This document shows positions 45,334-55,748 of a stretch of 64,000 nucleotides of DNA, one piece after another. The stretch lies in the NCBI GenBank assembly GCA_017934595.1, contig JAGBJG010000008.1, forward strand, positions 723 to 64,722. The letters are read 5' to 3'. Made by a program: the position numbers and the translations under genes. Under the pieces are notes generated by a model, which did no database searches, was not told the DNA's origin, and saw nothing but the letters and a program-made list of their open reading frames with translations. Numbering within the stretch: position 1 is the first letter of the stretch; every line of letters begins with the position of its first letter. This stretch comes from Bacilli bacterium. Lineage in GTDB: Bacteria > Bacillota_I > Bacilli_A > RF39 > UBA660.

Positions 45334-45960
45334 ATGCGTCTTAGACATATTAAAAATGCAGATCAAGATATTAAAAAATCAAAGTATTATGTAGATGATC
45401 CAGAAAGTTATAAAGGATCTTTTAATAAACTATTTAATAATAAGAAACCAATTCATTTAGAAATAGGTATGGGTAAAGGTAATTTCATAATTGAAATGGC
45501 TAAAAGATTTCCTGATATCAATTTTATTGGATTAGAAAAATTTGATAGTGTATTAGTTAAAGCTGTGGAGAAGTTGGAATCTATAGAATTAGATAATTTA
45601 AAACTTATATGGTATGATGCAGCTACTATAGATAATCTTTTTGACAAAGAAATAGATACATTATATTTAAACTTTTCAGATCCATGGCCTAAAAAAAGAC
45701 ATGCAAAAAGAAGATTAACACATGAATCTTTCTTAGAAAAGTATGATAAAATATTTAAAAATACAAATAATATTATTATGAAGACTGATAATAGAAAGTT
45801 ATTTGAATATTCAGTTAAGTCATTCACTGATTATGGATATAAGATAGAGGATATATCATTAGACTTACATAGTGATGAAGTTGATATAGTTGAAACAGAA
45901 TATGAGAAAAAGTTTACTAAGAAGGGTAATGTTATATATAAAGTAAATGTAAATAAATAG
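45334..45960 (+). CDS. trmB: tRNA (guanine46-N7)-methyltransferase
   Basis: HLEIGMGKGNF (SAM-binding), NFSDPWPKKRHAKRR. ATG 45334 lies behind AGGTGAT. Confidence 0.9.
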   Translation: MRLRHIKNADQDIKKSKYYVDDPESYKGSFNKLFNNKKPIHLEIGMGKGNFIIEMAKRFPDINFIGLEKFDSVLVKAVEKLESIELDNLKLIWYDAATIDNLFDKEIDTLYLNFSDPWPKKRHAKRRLTHESFLEKYDKIFKNTNNIIMKTDNRKLFEYSVKSFTDYGYKIEDISLDLHSDEVDIVETEYEKKFTKKGNVIYKVNVNK

Positions 45961-46026
45961 TAAAAAATAATAAAAAAGTAAGAAAAAGTATTGAAAAGAT
46001 GTTATAATTTAGATGGTAGGTGAATC

Positions 46027-46641
46027 ATGAAAAAAATATTATTACTTATGATTACCTGTTTATTAATTACAGGATGTACTGTAGTTAGGATAGATACAGA
46101 TAGTATTAACAATATAACAGGTGTTATATTAGAAAAAGATAATACTCTATATAATCATGTTGGTAAAGGTTATAAATACTATATCCCAAGAGGAATTACA
46201 TATATCGACACAGTCGGACTAAATGATGTGTTATATTCAAATGGTAATTATTATTACTTATATATAGACGCTCCGGGATATATAAAGAATATAGAATATG
46301 ATTATAAAGAAGATAAGAATTTATATTATTCTAAAAAAATAGATATTAATGATAAAAAAGGTTATTTAGAAATAAGTGAAGATGATAAAAAGTATTCAAT
46401 TAAGTTCGTATATAATTATGGAACTTTTGAAGCTATTGTAGATGAAAATAGTATTAATGAAGTAGTTACTGAAGCCTCATATATATTATCATCTATAAAA
46501 TATAACGATAAAGTTATATCATTATCACTTAATGATGATTACTTTATTAATAGAGAGGAACAATATAAAGAATTTATTTCAAAAGGAACAACTGGTAATT
46601 TCTTAAAAGCGCCGGATGAAGTTCCTGAGGATGCAGAATAG
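46027..46641 (+). CDS. Lipoprotein of unknown function
   Basis: Signal peptide with lipobox MKKILLLMITCLLITG|C. Confidence 0.7.
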   Translation: MKKILLLMITCLLITGCTVVRIDTDSINNITGVILEKDNTLYNHVGKGYKYYIPRGITYIDTVGLNDVLYSNGNYYYLYIDAPGYIKNIEYDYKEDKNLYYSKKIDINDKKGYLEISEDDKKYSIKFVYNYGTFEAIVDENSINEVVTEASYILSSIKYNDKVISLSLNDDYFINREEQYKEFISKGTTGNFLKAPDEVPEDAE

Positions 46642-46652
46642 GAGAGGATTGA

Positions 46653-47435
46653 ATGAAAGTATTTGATAAGATTAAAGACTTATTTGCAGATGAAGATGAA
46701 GAAGAAGTAGTTGATACTGTTAAAAAAGAAGTTATACAAGTAGAAATACCTGCCCCAAAAAATCCTGTTATTGAAAAGAAAGAGGAAGTCATACCTACAG
46801 TTACTAAGGAAGAAGATGCTTCACCATTCTTTGATGATACAGATTTTGACGAAATCAAAAGAAGTAATCCAACATTAGAGGAAATGTATGCTAAAGAAGA
46901 AAAGAAAGAAGTATACAAAGGTAGAAAAGAAGAAGGTAAAAAACATTTTGAGCCAACTCCAATTATATCTCCAGTATATGGTGTTTTAGATAAAAACTAT
47001 AAGAAAGATGATATAGTTAATAAAGCTGAGCCGCCTAAAGAAAATAGAAATATAACTTTGGATGAAGTAAGAAATAAAGCTTATGGCACATTGGAAGATG
47101 AATTAGAAAATACTTTATTTGGTAGAACTTCTATAATGTTCCAAGATAATGACAAAAAAGCTGAATTAAAAGAAATTGAAAAAGATTTAAAAGAAACTGC
47201 AGCTGCTATTGAAATGCTAAATGATGAAGATGAAGGTACTGTAGTTATTACTGAAAAACCAAAACATGAAAAAAAGGAAATCGAAGATAATACTGAAGAT
47301 TTAGAAGACACTATGATAGCAACAGCATTAGAAGTAGCAGAAGAAGAAAAGAAAGAAGAAAAAGAAGACGATACAAAATTATCAGAAAATGATTTATTTG
47401 ATTTAATTGATGATATGTATGGAAAAGGGGAATAA
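46653..47435 (+). CDS. Hypothetical acidic Glu/Lys-rich protein
   Basis: 260-aa ORF with a GGAGAGGA RBS. It is low-complexity E/K/D-rich, and track ORFs 46574..46918(-) and 47081..47311(-) are its shadows. Confidence 0.6.
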   Translation: MKVFDKIKDLFADEDEEEVVDTVKKEVIQVEIPAPKNPVIEKKEEVIPTVTKEEDASPFFDDTDFDEIKRSNPTLEEMYAKEEKKEVYKGRKEEGKKHFEPTPIISPVYGVLDKNYKKDDIVNKAEPPKENRNITLDEVRNKAYGTLEDELENTLFGRTSIMFQDNDKKAELKEIEKDLKETAAAIEMLNDEDEGTVVITEKPKHEKKEIEDNTEDLEDTMIATALEVAEEEKKEEKEDDTKLSENDLFDLIDDMYGKGE

Positions 47436-47438
47436 TTT

Positions 47439-47717
47439 ATGATTGATATTGAACTATTCTTAAAAGTAATATTCTATATAAGTTTGATTATACTAGTAGT
47501 AGCAGGAGTAGTACTTGTCATAAAATTAATATTTACACTAAAGAAAGTTGATGGTATTTTAGATAATGTAGATCATAAAGCAAATCAACTTAATGGTGCT
47601 TTTGATATTGTTGATAATGTTACAGGCGCGATTAATGGTGTATCTGGTAAGATAGCTACTGCTATATATGATACAGTTAATAAATTTACTGATAGAAAGA
47701 AGGATAAAAATGAGTAA
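47439..47717 (+). CDS. DUF948-like small membrane protein
   Basis: N-terminal TM (VIFYISLIILVVAGVVLVIKLIF) followed by a helical tail. Confidence 0.5.
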   Translation: MIDIELFLKVIFYISLIILVVAGVVLVIKLIFTLKKVDGILDNVDHKANQLNGAFDIVDNVTGAINGVSGKIATAIYDTVNKFTDRKKDKNE

Positions 47718-48129
47718 AAGAGGTATGGGTAAATTTTTAGTAGGAGCTGGAATAGGAGCTGCTATAACAGCTTTGTTCACAACTGAAAAAGGAAAAGAAT
47801 ATCAAGCTAAAATTTCTTCTATGTGTGAAGAAATGATTAAAAAAGTAAGAGAATTAGATTCTAATGAAGTTAAAGAAAATATCGAAAACAAAATTGCAGA
47901 TATTAAAAATGAATTAGCTGATTTAGATAAAGAAAAAGTAAAAGAAAAAGCAAAAAAATTAGCTAAAGATATTGAAGTTAAAACTAAAGAATTAGCTAAA
48001 TACGCTAAAGAAAAAGGTACTCCAGTAATGGAAGAAATGGCTGAAAATTTAAGAGTTGAAGCTGTTAAAGCTACAAAAGCTGTACTAAATAAATTAGAAA
48101 AATCTAAAAAAACTAAAAAAGAAGCTTAG
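47710..48129 (+). CDS. YtxH-like general-stress-type protein
   Basis: MSKRGMGKFLVGAGIGAAITALFT (YtxH-type N-terminus) followed by K/E-rich helices. ATG 47710 overlaps the upstream gene end. Confidence 0.55.
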   Translation: MSKRGMGKFLVGAGIGAAITALFTTEKGKEYQAKISSMCEEMIKKVRELDSNEVKENIENKIADIKNELADLDKEKVKEKAKKLAKDIEVKTKELAKYAKEKGTPVMEEMAENLRVEAVKATKAVLNKLEKSKKTKKEA

Positions 48130-48235
48130 GCTTCTTTTTACATTGCCTTAACATCTAATATATACTAAGTATTTATTTTATAATAAATATTATGTTATAA
48201 TATTTGCGGAGTAGTTTGAAAGGACAGTTGATATA

Positions 48236-49414
48236 GTGAAAAAATGTATTACAGACTATGATTTGAATAATAAAAAAGTAATTATCAGAGTTGATTTTAA
48301 TGTGCCTATTACTGATGGACATATTACTGATGATAATAGAATTAAAGAGTCTTTGAAAACTATAAAATATGCTATAGATAATAAGGCTAAAGTAATTTTA
48401 TTATCACATTTAGGTAGAATTAAAGATGTTTCTGATTTAGAAAAAAATGATTTAAGTATTGTTGCTATTAGACTTAGTGAATTACTATTTAAACCAGTTA
48501 AATTTGTTAATGCCACTAGAGGTATTGATGTAGAAAATACTATTAATAGTATGGAACCTGGTGATGTCGTATTACTTCAAAATACTAGATATGAAGATTT
48601 AGAAGGAAATAAGGAATCAGGTAATGATATAGAACTAGGTAAATACTGGGCTAGTTTAGGTGATATATTCATTAATGATGCATTTGGAACATCTCATAGG
48701 GCTCATGCATCTAATGTTGGTATAGCTTCTAACTTACCTAATGGAATAGGATTTTTAGTACAAAAGGAATTAGATTCTATGTTACCGGTAATGGAAAATC
48801 CAGAAAAACCATTCACGTTAATTTTAGGTGGAGCTAAAGTAAAAGATAAAATAGGATTAATAGATAATATGATAGATAAAGTAGATTATATCTTAATAGG
48901 TGGAGGAATGGCTTATACATTTTTAAAAGCTAAAGGATATAATGTAGGATCTTCAATTATAGATGATGAATCTATAGATTATGTAAGTAATTTAATGAAT
49001 AAATATAGTAATAAAATAATATTACCAATTGATACATTAGTGTCAATTGATTTAGAGGGTAAGACATGTGATACTAAAGATATCAATAATATTTCATCTA
49101 ATGAAATAGGATTAGATATCGGACCTAAAACAATAGATTTATTTAAAGAATATATACATCAAAGTAACACTATTATAATGAATGGACCAATGGGTATGTT
49201 TGAAAAAGATATTTATAGTAATGGTACTAAAGAAGTATTATCAGCTATGATGTCAGTTAAAACTGTAATTATAGGTGGAGGAGATACTGCATCAGCTGCT
49301 ATTAATATGGGATATAAAAATTCATTTACTCACATATCCACAGGTGGTGGAGCATCATTAGAGTTACTTGCTGGTAAAAAACTACCTGGAATCGAGGTTA
49401 TCCATGAAAAATAG
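48236..49414 (+). CDS. pgk: Phosphoglycerate kinase
   Basis: VIIRVDFNVP, NTRYEDLEG, FGTSHRAHAS, GGGDTA, STGGGASLE. Confidence 0.95.
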   Translation: MKKCITDYDLNNKKVIIRVDFNVPITDGHITDDNRIKESLKTIKYAIDNKAKVILLSHLGRIKDVSDLEKNDLSIVAIRLSELLFKPVKFVNATRGIDVENTINSMEPGDVVLLQNTRYEDLEGNKESGNDIELGKYWASLGDIFINDAFGTSHRAHASNVGIASNLPNGIGFLVQKELDSMLPVMENPEKPFTLILGGAKVKDKIGLIDNMIDKVDYILIGGGMAYTFLKAKGYNVGSSIIDDESIDYVSNLMNKYSNKIILPIDTLVSIDLEGKTCDTKDINNISSNEIGLDIGPKTIDLFKEYIHQSNTIIMNGPMGMFEKDIYSNGTKEVLSAMMSVKTVIIGGGDTASAAINMGYKNSFTHISTGGGASLELLAGKKLPGIEVIHEK

Positions 49415-50402
49415 AAAATTAAATTTTTTAATACTTTTATTATTTACATCATTAGTATTATATTTCACTTTAAAAGATAATTTTGGTGAAGTAATGGGTT
49501 ATATTCTAACTATGAAACCTATATGGTTTGTATATTCAATATTACTTATGATGGCTTATTGGTTTTTTAAAGCTTTAATCACAACTAAGTATGTTAGATA
49601 TTATAATGATGATTATCCTTTTAGAAAAGCATATAGATTACAACTTGAGACAATGTTTTTCAATGGTGTAACACCATTTTCATCGGGTGGAGGTCCATTC
49701 CAAGTATTGTCACTTAAAAAAGATGGCGTTAGAATTCTTAATAGCGCGAATATAATGGTTATATCATCATTCTTACATCAATTATCATTATTCTTTTTTA
49801 TGACAGTATCAGTAATAGCCAATAGATTTTTAAAGTTATATGCTGAATCTATAACTATAAGAAATTTATGTATATTTGGGTATATTATATGTATTATATT
49901 TATGGCATTTTTACTTCTTATTATGTTTAATGAGAAATTTAATAAAGCTATTGTAAAAATAGTTATCAAAATTCTTAATAAAGCACACATAGTTAAGAAT
50001 AAGGATGAAGTAAAAAAGAAATGGTTAGATTATGTAGATAGCTTAAATGAAGGATCAAAAATTATTAGAAGTAACAGGCGTGATTTTATTATCTGTGCTT
50101 TCTATAATATAGTAGCTATGTTAGCTTATATCTTAGTTGCTTATACAGTCGCGATAGGTATGGGTATTAATATAGAAGTATATAAAGTTATAATAACTAC
50201 ATCATATGTATTAATGATTGGTATGTTTGTTCCAATTCCAGGTGGTACTGGAGGACTTGAATATTCATTTGCTAATATGTATGCTAACTTCATAAATGGT
50301 GGAATATTAGGTTCATTTATGTTAGTATGGAGATTTATAACTTATTATGTAGGTATCGTTTTAGGTGGTATAGTTCTTAATTTTAAGAAGAGTAGTAAGT
50401 AG
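49404..50402 (+). CDS. UPF0104 / lysyl-PG-synthase-TM-region-like (flippase-like) integral membrane protein
   Basis: The start MKNRKLNFLILLLFTSLVLYFTLKD overlaps the pgk end. It has about 8 TM helices and a PIPGGTGGLE motif. Confidence 0.55.
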   Translation: MKNRKLNFLILLLFTSLVLYFTLKDNFGEVMGYILTMKPIWFVYSILLMMAYWFFKALITTKYVRYYNDDYPFRKAYRLQLETMFFNGVTPFSSGGGPFQVLSLKKDGVRILNSANIMVISSFLHQLSLFFFMTVSVIANRFLKLYAESITIRNLCIFGYIICIIFMAFLLLIMFNEKFNKAIVKIVIKILNKAHIVKNKDEVKKKWLDYVDSLNEGSKIIRSNRRDFIICAFYNIVAMLAYILVAYTVAIGMGINIEVYKVIITTSYVLMIGMFVPIPGGTGGLEYSFANMYANFINGGILGSFMLVWRFITYYVGIVLGGIVLNFKKSSK

Positions 50403-50440
50403 TTAGTTTTGAGAAGTTTTTTATTAAGCTTCTTTTGTTT

Positions 50441-50455
50441 TGTCAAAATTCGACA
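50441..50455. promoter_or_regulatory. Palindromic pair of Spo0A-box-like heptamers upstream of spo0A
   Basis: TGTCAAA (50441..50447) and TTCGACA (50449..50455, the reverse complement of the consensus 0A box TGTCGAA). Confidence 0.45.
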
Positions 50456-50545
50456 AAATAGTACTTATTAAGACAAAACTAGATAATATTCATTCTAGAT
50501 TTTAAAAAGAAGCAAGACTATAATTATAATATAAGGAGATACAAT

Positions 50546-51316
50546 ATGGAAAAAGTTAAAATGTTAGTAGTAGATGATAATGTTTTATTGTTGGATGCTT
50601 TAAAAGAATATTTTAATGGAAGTAATTGTATTGATATAAAATATACAGCTTGTGATGGTGAAGAGGCTATTAATATATTAGAAAAGAATAATGATATTGA
50701 TATGGTATTATTAGATATTATTATGCCTAAAAAAGATGGTATATATGTTTTAGAAGAAATGAGAAAAAGAGGCATTAATAAAAAAGTTATAGTTGAAACT
50801 AGTTATGATACAGAAGATATCATTCATATGGTTGGTAGAATGGGAGCTAGCTATTTTATATCAAAACCATATGATATGAAAGATTTAGAAAATAGAATTA
50901 TATCATTAAGTGATTTATCTGATCCTGATATAGGAAAGATAGTATCATTTGTAGATGGTGATTTACAAGTAACGATTACAAAGATGTTACACGAATTAGG
51001 AATTCCTTCACATATTAAAGGATATTCATATATAAGAGAGGGAATAACACTTTTATATGATGATCCTAAAATGATAGGTAATATTACTAAAAAGTTATAT
51101 CCAGAATTAGCTAGAAGATATAATACAACAACATCTAGAGTGGAAAGAGCTATGAGGCATGCAATAGAAGTAGGTTGGACAAGATCTGATTGGAAATTCA
51201 CTGAAGATTTATTTGGTCAAAGTGTTGATTTTGATAAAGCTAAACCAACTAATTCAGAGTTTTTAGTTACCTTAGCTGATAAACTTAGATTAGATAATAA
51301 TAGGGTTAATGTGTAG
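50546..51316 (+). CDS. spo0A: Sporulation master regulator Spo0A
   Basis: Receiver domain (VVDDN...LLDIIMPKKDG...ISKP) and the Spo0A-specific C-terminal domain (HELGIPSHIKGYSYIREGI...TTTSRVERAMRHAIEVGW). Confidence 0.95.
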   Translation: MEKVKMLVVDDNVLLLDALKEYFNGSNCIDIKYTACDGEEAINILEKNNDIDMVLLDIIMPKKDGIYVLEEMRKRGINKKVIVETSYDTEDIIHMVGRMGASYFISKPYDMKDLENRIISLSDLSDPDIGKIVSFVDGDLQVTITKMLHELGIPSHIKGYSYIREGITLLYDDPKMIGNITKKLYPELARRYNTTTSRVERAMRHAIEVGWTRSDWKFTEDLFGQSVDFDKAKPTNSEFLVTLADKLRLDNNRVNV

Positions 51317-51321
51317 ATATT

Positions 51322-51351
51322 AAAAAGGAATAAAAAATATTCCTTTTTTTC
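51322..51351 (+). terminator. Rho-independent terminator after spo0A
   Basis: aggaata-aaaaa-tattcct followed by T6. Confidence 0.8.
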
Positions 51352-51417
51352 ATGTTTTTTACTTTATTTTAATAGTTTAAGTATGCTATAATGTAACTAG
51401 AAATAAGGTGATATAAG

Positions 51418-52680
51418 ATGAATATAGTAATGCCCGCAGATACGTTTTTAGTTATTAACCGCACTGTTATGCGTGATGATGATCGTCTTATACTTACCAT
51501 GTTATATGAACCAATAATAGGGTCTATGGCAGTAGGCCTTTATTTTACTTTATGGAATTATTTAGATAGAAAAGATATTATATCATCTAGTTTAACTCAT
51601 CATTATTTAATGAAAAGTACTCATTTAAGTATGGAAAAGATTATGGAAGCTAAAGAAGTATTAGAAGCTATTGGTCTTATTAAAACATACGTTAAAGAAA
51701 CTGATGATATTAATGATTATGTATATGAACTTTATTCACCATTAGAAGCATACGATTTCTTTAAAGATCCAATTATGGCTACATTACTTCGTGATGCTTT
51801 AGGAATTAATGAGTACAAAAGAATTGTTGAATATTTTAAATTACCTACTATTGATTTAAAAGGTTATAAAAATATATCAAATAGTTTTAATAATGTATTT
51901 AAAACTGTTAGTGTCATGGATTTAGCTGATGTAAATAATATTAAAAGAGAAAATAGACTTGGTATTGCTTATGAACCAACTATTGATTTAGATAATATTA
52001 TAAGTTTAATTCCATCACAAATGTTAAATATAAGAAGTGTTAATAGTAAAGTAAAAGATTTAATTTATAAACTTGCTTTAGTATATAATTATGATGATTC
52101 TAAAATGAAAGATATTATTATGAGTTCTATAGATGACGCTCATAAGATAGATATAAATTTACTTAAAGAAAACGCAAGAAAATTATATAGATTTGAAACT
52201 AATAATAGTAAAATTAGTCTTATATATAAAAATCAACCAGAATATTTAAAAACTAATCTTACAAGAGTATCATCTAAGAATAAAATGATATATAGATTTG
52301 AAACAGAATCTCCATATGATTATTTAGCTTCTAAAAACGGATGTGAATTATCAAGAGAGGAAACTGATATTCTAAAGATGTTACTTATTGATATTGGTTT
52401 AAATCCAGGAGTAACTAATGTATTACTTGATTATGTTTTAAGTACAAGTGAGAATAAATTAGTTAAATCATTTATAGAAAATAAAGCATTAGAATGGAAA
52501 CGTAGTAATATTAATACCGTTCCAGATGCAATGGAAAAGGCTAAAGAAGAAAGAAAGAAGAAGGCTAAAATAACTAAAACTACTACTAAAGAACCATCTT
52601 GGTTTGATAAAGATATTGAAACAGATGAACTTACAGAAGAAGAGGAAAAAGCATTTAGAGAAAGATTAAAGGCGATGTAA
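51418..52680 (+). CDS. dnaB: Replication initiation/membrane attachment protein, DnaB(Bsu)/DnaD-domain family
   Basis: 420 aa, located upstream of and adjacent to dnaI. It has DnaD-like repeats and a K/E-rich C-terminus. Confidence 0.7.
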   Translation: MNIVMPADTFLVINRTVMRDDDRLILTMLYEPIIGSMAVGLYFTLWNYLDRKDIISSSLTHHYLMKSTHLSMEKIMEAKEVLEAIGLIKTYVKETDDINDYVYELYSPLEAYDFFKDPIMATLLRDALGINEYKRIVEYFKLPTIDLKGYKNISNSFNNVFKTVSVMDLADVNNIKRENRLGIAYEPTIDLDNIISLIPSQMLNIRSVNSKVKDLIYKLALVYNYDDSKMKDIIMSSIDDAHKIDINLLKENARKLYRFETNNSKISLIYKNQPEYLKTNLTRVSSKNKMIYRFETESPYDYLASKNGCELSREETDILKMLLIDIGLNPGVTNVLLDYVLSTSENKLVKSFIENKALEWKRSNINTVPDAMEKAKEERKKKAKITKTTTKEPSWFDKDIETDELTEEEEKAFRERLKAM

Positions 52681-52681
52681 T

Positions 52682-53605
52682 ATGAAGAAAGTATTAGATG
52701 AATTAGAAGAAAATGGCTTTAAGGCTAAGTTAAATTATGATTTAGAAAAAGCTTATGATGAAGCTTTAAAAGATGAAGATTTTAAGGCTTTAGTTACTAA
52801 ACTTGGTATACAAAGAAAATTCTTAATTAAATATACATCTTTATTAGAGCAATCTGCTAAAGAATACGCCAATTGCGTGAAATGTAAGGATAAGTTTGAA
52901 TGCGGAAATAAAGTATTAGGTTATTGTTATTTACCTAGAGTAGTAGAAGATAATAAATTAGTTTTTGAATATCAAATATGTAAAAATTATAAAGACTATT
53001 TAGAAACAATTAAATATCGTGATAATGTATATTTCAATCATATCCCAGAAGACATTAAAAACGCTAGTTGGGATAATGTATTTATGAATGATAAAAAAAG
53101 ATTAGAAGTAATTGAATACTTAAATAATTTTATAAAAGCATATAAAAAGAATAACCATATTAAAGGGGCTTACTTAAATGGAAGCTTTGGCGCTGGTAAG
53201 ACATATTTAGTTAGTGCTGCATTTAATGAATTAGCTAAAGATGGTTTTAAATCAGCTATTGTTTTTTGGCCAGAGTTTCTACTAGAACTAAGAAGTTCTT
53301 TTGAAACAGATTTTAAAGCTAAATATGATAATGTGAAAACAGTTCCAATATTACTTATAGATGATATAGGGGCTGAATCAGTTACAGAATGGAGTAGGGA
53401 TGATATATTATGCCCATTACTTCAATATCGTATGGAAAATCATTTAACCACATTCTTTACATCAAATTTAACTATTGATGAATTGGATGAACATTTTTCA
53501 AATACAAAGAATAAAGTGGATAAGGTTAAAGCAAGAAGAATTATAGAAAGAGTTAAGCAACTTACTGATGATTTAGTTATGGTTAGTAAGAATCTTAGAA
53601 AATAG
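52682..53605 (+). CDS. dnaI: Primosomal helicase loader DnaI
   Basis: N-terminal Cys cluster (CVKCKDKFECG), Walker A GSFGAGKTYL, Walker B LLIDDIG. Confidence 0.88.
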   Translation: MKKVLDELEENGFKAKLNYDLEKAYDEALKDEDFKALVTKLGIQRKFLIKYTSLLEQSAKEYANCVKCKDKFECGNKVLGYCYLPRVVEDNKLVFEYQICKNYKDYLETIKYRDNVYFNHIPEDIKNASWDNVFMNDKKRLEVIEYLNNFIKAYKKNNHIKGAYLNGSFGAGKTYLVSAAFNELAKDGFKSAIVFWPEFLLELRSSFETDFKAKYDNVKTVPILLIDDIGAESVTEWSRDDILCPLLQYRMENHLTTFFTSNLTIDELDEHFSNTKNKVDKVKARRIIERVKQLTDDLVMVSKNLRK

Positions 53606-53615
53606 AGGTTTTTAT

Positions 53616-55514
53616 ATGAAGAAGGATGTAGAAGATATAAAGTCAAAAAGTAAATTATTATTTAACAATGAAGTAGAAGCTACTGATTTGAAAATTCTTT
53701 TTGATTATAGTACTAACTACAACCTTCTTTTTGATATAGTAGATGATATAATAAACGCGGTATCTCATATAAAAGCAACTTCACGTCCTGGTAATTATCA
53801 ATATTTGCTCCGCTTGGTACCGTGTATTGCCAAACTTATATATTTTGAAGATATAATGGAGACTTCACCAATATATCATAAAATAGAAGAAGCAATAAAT
53901 ATAATATCTATTGAATTAACTAAGATACATAGTAAAAAATTAAATCAACTACTCGCTAAAATTCAAAGTTCCTTAATAAAAATTGTAGATATACTTGACA
54001 GTGAAGAATATATAAATAGGCATATAGTTGAAGCGGAAGAAAAAGAAAAACTTCGTATAAGACGTGAGCAAGCTAAACAAATAATTAGATATATCTTATT
54101 TGAAGTAAAAGATATTAAATTATTAATTAACATCAAAAATGAATATATAAAAGAAGCGATTAAGTTAGATATAGATTACATTATAAGAAAAGTATGTGAT
54201 GAATATTTATATGGTGTATATGCTTTTGATGAATATTATGTAAAACTATTCTTATTTCTATCTGCAGAACCTAATTTTGAGGTATCTGCATATGCCGATA
54301 ATATGCAATATATCATTAATACATTTAAAGAATTCATGACTGCAGAAGAAAATAGTGAAGTAGTAGAGTTACATAAAGATAGAATGATGTATATTTTAGA
54401 AAAAATTACTACACGTGATTGTAAAAGAAAATATGATATTCCTACACCTATTAAATCCACTGATTTTAATTGTGATTTTAATATTAATGTAGGTAATAAT
54501 ATAATTGATTTGAGGAATAAGAAATATATATTTACAATAGATCCAAATGATGCGACATGCTTGGATGATGCTTTATCTTATGAGGTGTTACCGAATGGAA
54601 ATGTTTTAATTGGTATATATATTGCGGATATAACTGATATAGTATTGGCAGGTTCAAACTTAGATGAATATGCATATAATATAGCTGAAACAATTTACTA
54701 TAGTAAAGAAATACCAATGTTACCTAAAGCTATATCGAGTGATTTTGGATCATTAAGAGTAGGAGCAGATAAATTGGTTCAAGCATTTACTTTTGAAGTG
54801 GATCCGGAATATACAATAGTCGATGCAAGAGTTGATAGGGCACTTATAAGAGTAAATGATAATTATACTTATGGAAAAATTGATGAATTAATTTTAAATG
54901 GTGGTAATCTACCATTTGCTAATGATTTAAGAAATCTATATGATTATTCAAAATATTTACTTGGTAAAAATGTTAGGAGACAAATATATATGCATTCCAA
55001 GGAAGCATTGGATCCAACACGTAAAGCAAATGATAGATTTGGTAATAATCCGAGTAATAGAATTATTAGTGAATTAAAAGTATTAACTAATTCTCATTGG
55101 GCTTTAAAGGCATGTGAATTTGATATACCTTTTATATTTCGTAATAATTTAAAAAATCAGAAGACAGGTAATCCCAACTTTACTAGTATAATTACAGATC
55201 CAGAATTTGTATCAATTAAATGTGCATTAGCTGCTTCTTATGGTACATCCTATTATTCAGCTTTGAATGAAGGACATTTTGGACTTGATGTAGATGCATA
55301 TGCCCATATTGCAATACCACTAAGAAATTATTGTGCTGAATTTAATCAAAGAATGATTGGCAATTACTTTTTAGATCAAGATATATATAATGTTGATGCT
55401 GATGTTCTTAGAGAAACAGCCTCATCTTTAGCTGATTATTTGAACGAAAGAATTCTTTTAAATAAAATGTATATAGATGAATGCTATAACAAGAAAAAAA
55501 TGTTGACAAAATAA
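53616..55514 (+). CDS. RNB-domain (RNase II/R family) paralog with an unknown helical N-terminal half and altered catalytic motifs
   Basis: FTIDPNDATCLDDALSY compares with the canonical IDGDDTKDIDDA of the rnr gene in this window. GHFGLDVDAYAHIAIPLRNY compares with GHYGLNFKRYAQFTSPIRRY. Confidence 0.65.
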   Translation: MKKDVEDIKSKSKLLFNNEVEATDLKILFDYSTNYNLLFDIVDDIINAVSHIKATSRPGNYQYLLRLVPCIAKLIYFEDIMETSPIYHKIEEAINIISIELTKIHSKKLNQLLAKIQSSLIKIVDILDSEEYINRHIVEAEEKEKLRIRREQAKQIIRYILFEVKDIKLLINIKNEYIKEAIKLDIDYIIRKVCDEYLYGVYAFDEYYVKLFLFLSAEPNFEVSAYADNMQYIINTFKEFMTAEENSEVVELHKDRMMYILEKITTRDCKRKYDIPTPIKSTDFNCDFNINVGNNIIDLRNKKYIFTIDPNDATCLDDALSYEVLPNGNVLIGIYIADITDIVLAGSNLDEYAYNIAETIYYSKEIPMLPKAISSDFGSLRVGADKLVQAFTFEVDPEYTIVDARVDRALIRVNDNYTYGKIDELILNGGNLPFANDLRNLYDYSKYLLGKNVRRQIYMHSKEALDPTRKANDRFGNNPSNRIISELKVLTNSHWALKACEFDIPFIFRNNLKNQKTGNPNFTSIITDPEFVSIKCALAASYGTSYYSALNEGHFGLDVDAYAHIAIPLRNYCAEFNQRMIGNYFLDQDIYNVDADVLRETASSLADYLNERILLNKMYIDECYNKKKMLTK

Positions 55515-55536
55515 ATATAAGTGATAAAATTAATGT

Positions 55537-55733
55537 ATAAATCAATGAAAAAGGACACGATTATTTAGTAGAGTTTATAGAAAGTCAGTGGTTGATGGAA
55601 ACTGATAACAAAGCTTAATAATTACTACCTTTGAGTGGCTATTAAAAGTTAGCCCGGCAATGCCGTTATCAAATTAAGTAAATAAAAGGATGGTACCGTC
55701 ATTATGACTCCTTATGCCATCCTTTTTATTTTG
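55537..55733 (+). promoter_or_regulatory. T-box leader, threonine specifier
   Basis: Promoter TTGACA (55503) -16- TAAAAT (55525). Stem I elements are AGAAAGTCAGTGG. ACT at 55624..55626 is followed by A (ACC is also adjacent). The T-box core is AAGGATGGTACCGTC. Antiterminator: AAGGA-TGGTACC-GTCAttaTGAC-TCCTT. Terminator: AAAGGATGG/CCATCCTTT followed by a T-run. Confidence 0.8.
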
Positions 55734-55748
55734 TTTTAGGAGGTTTTT

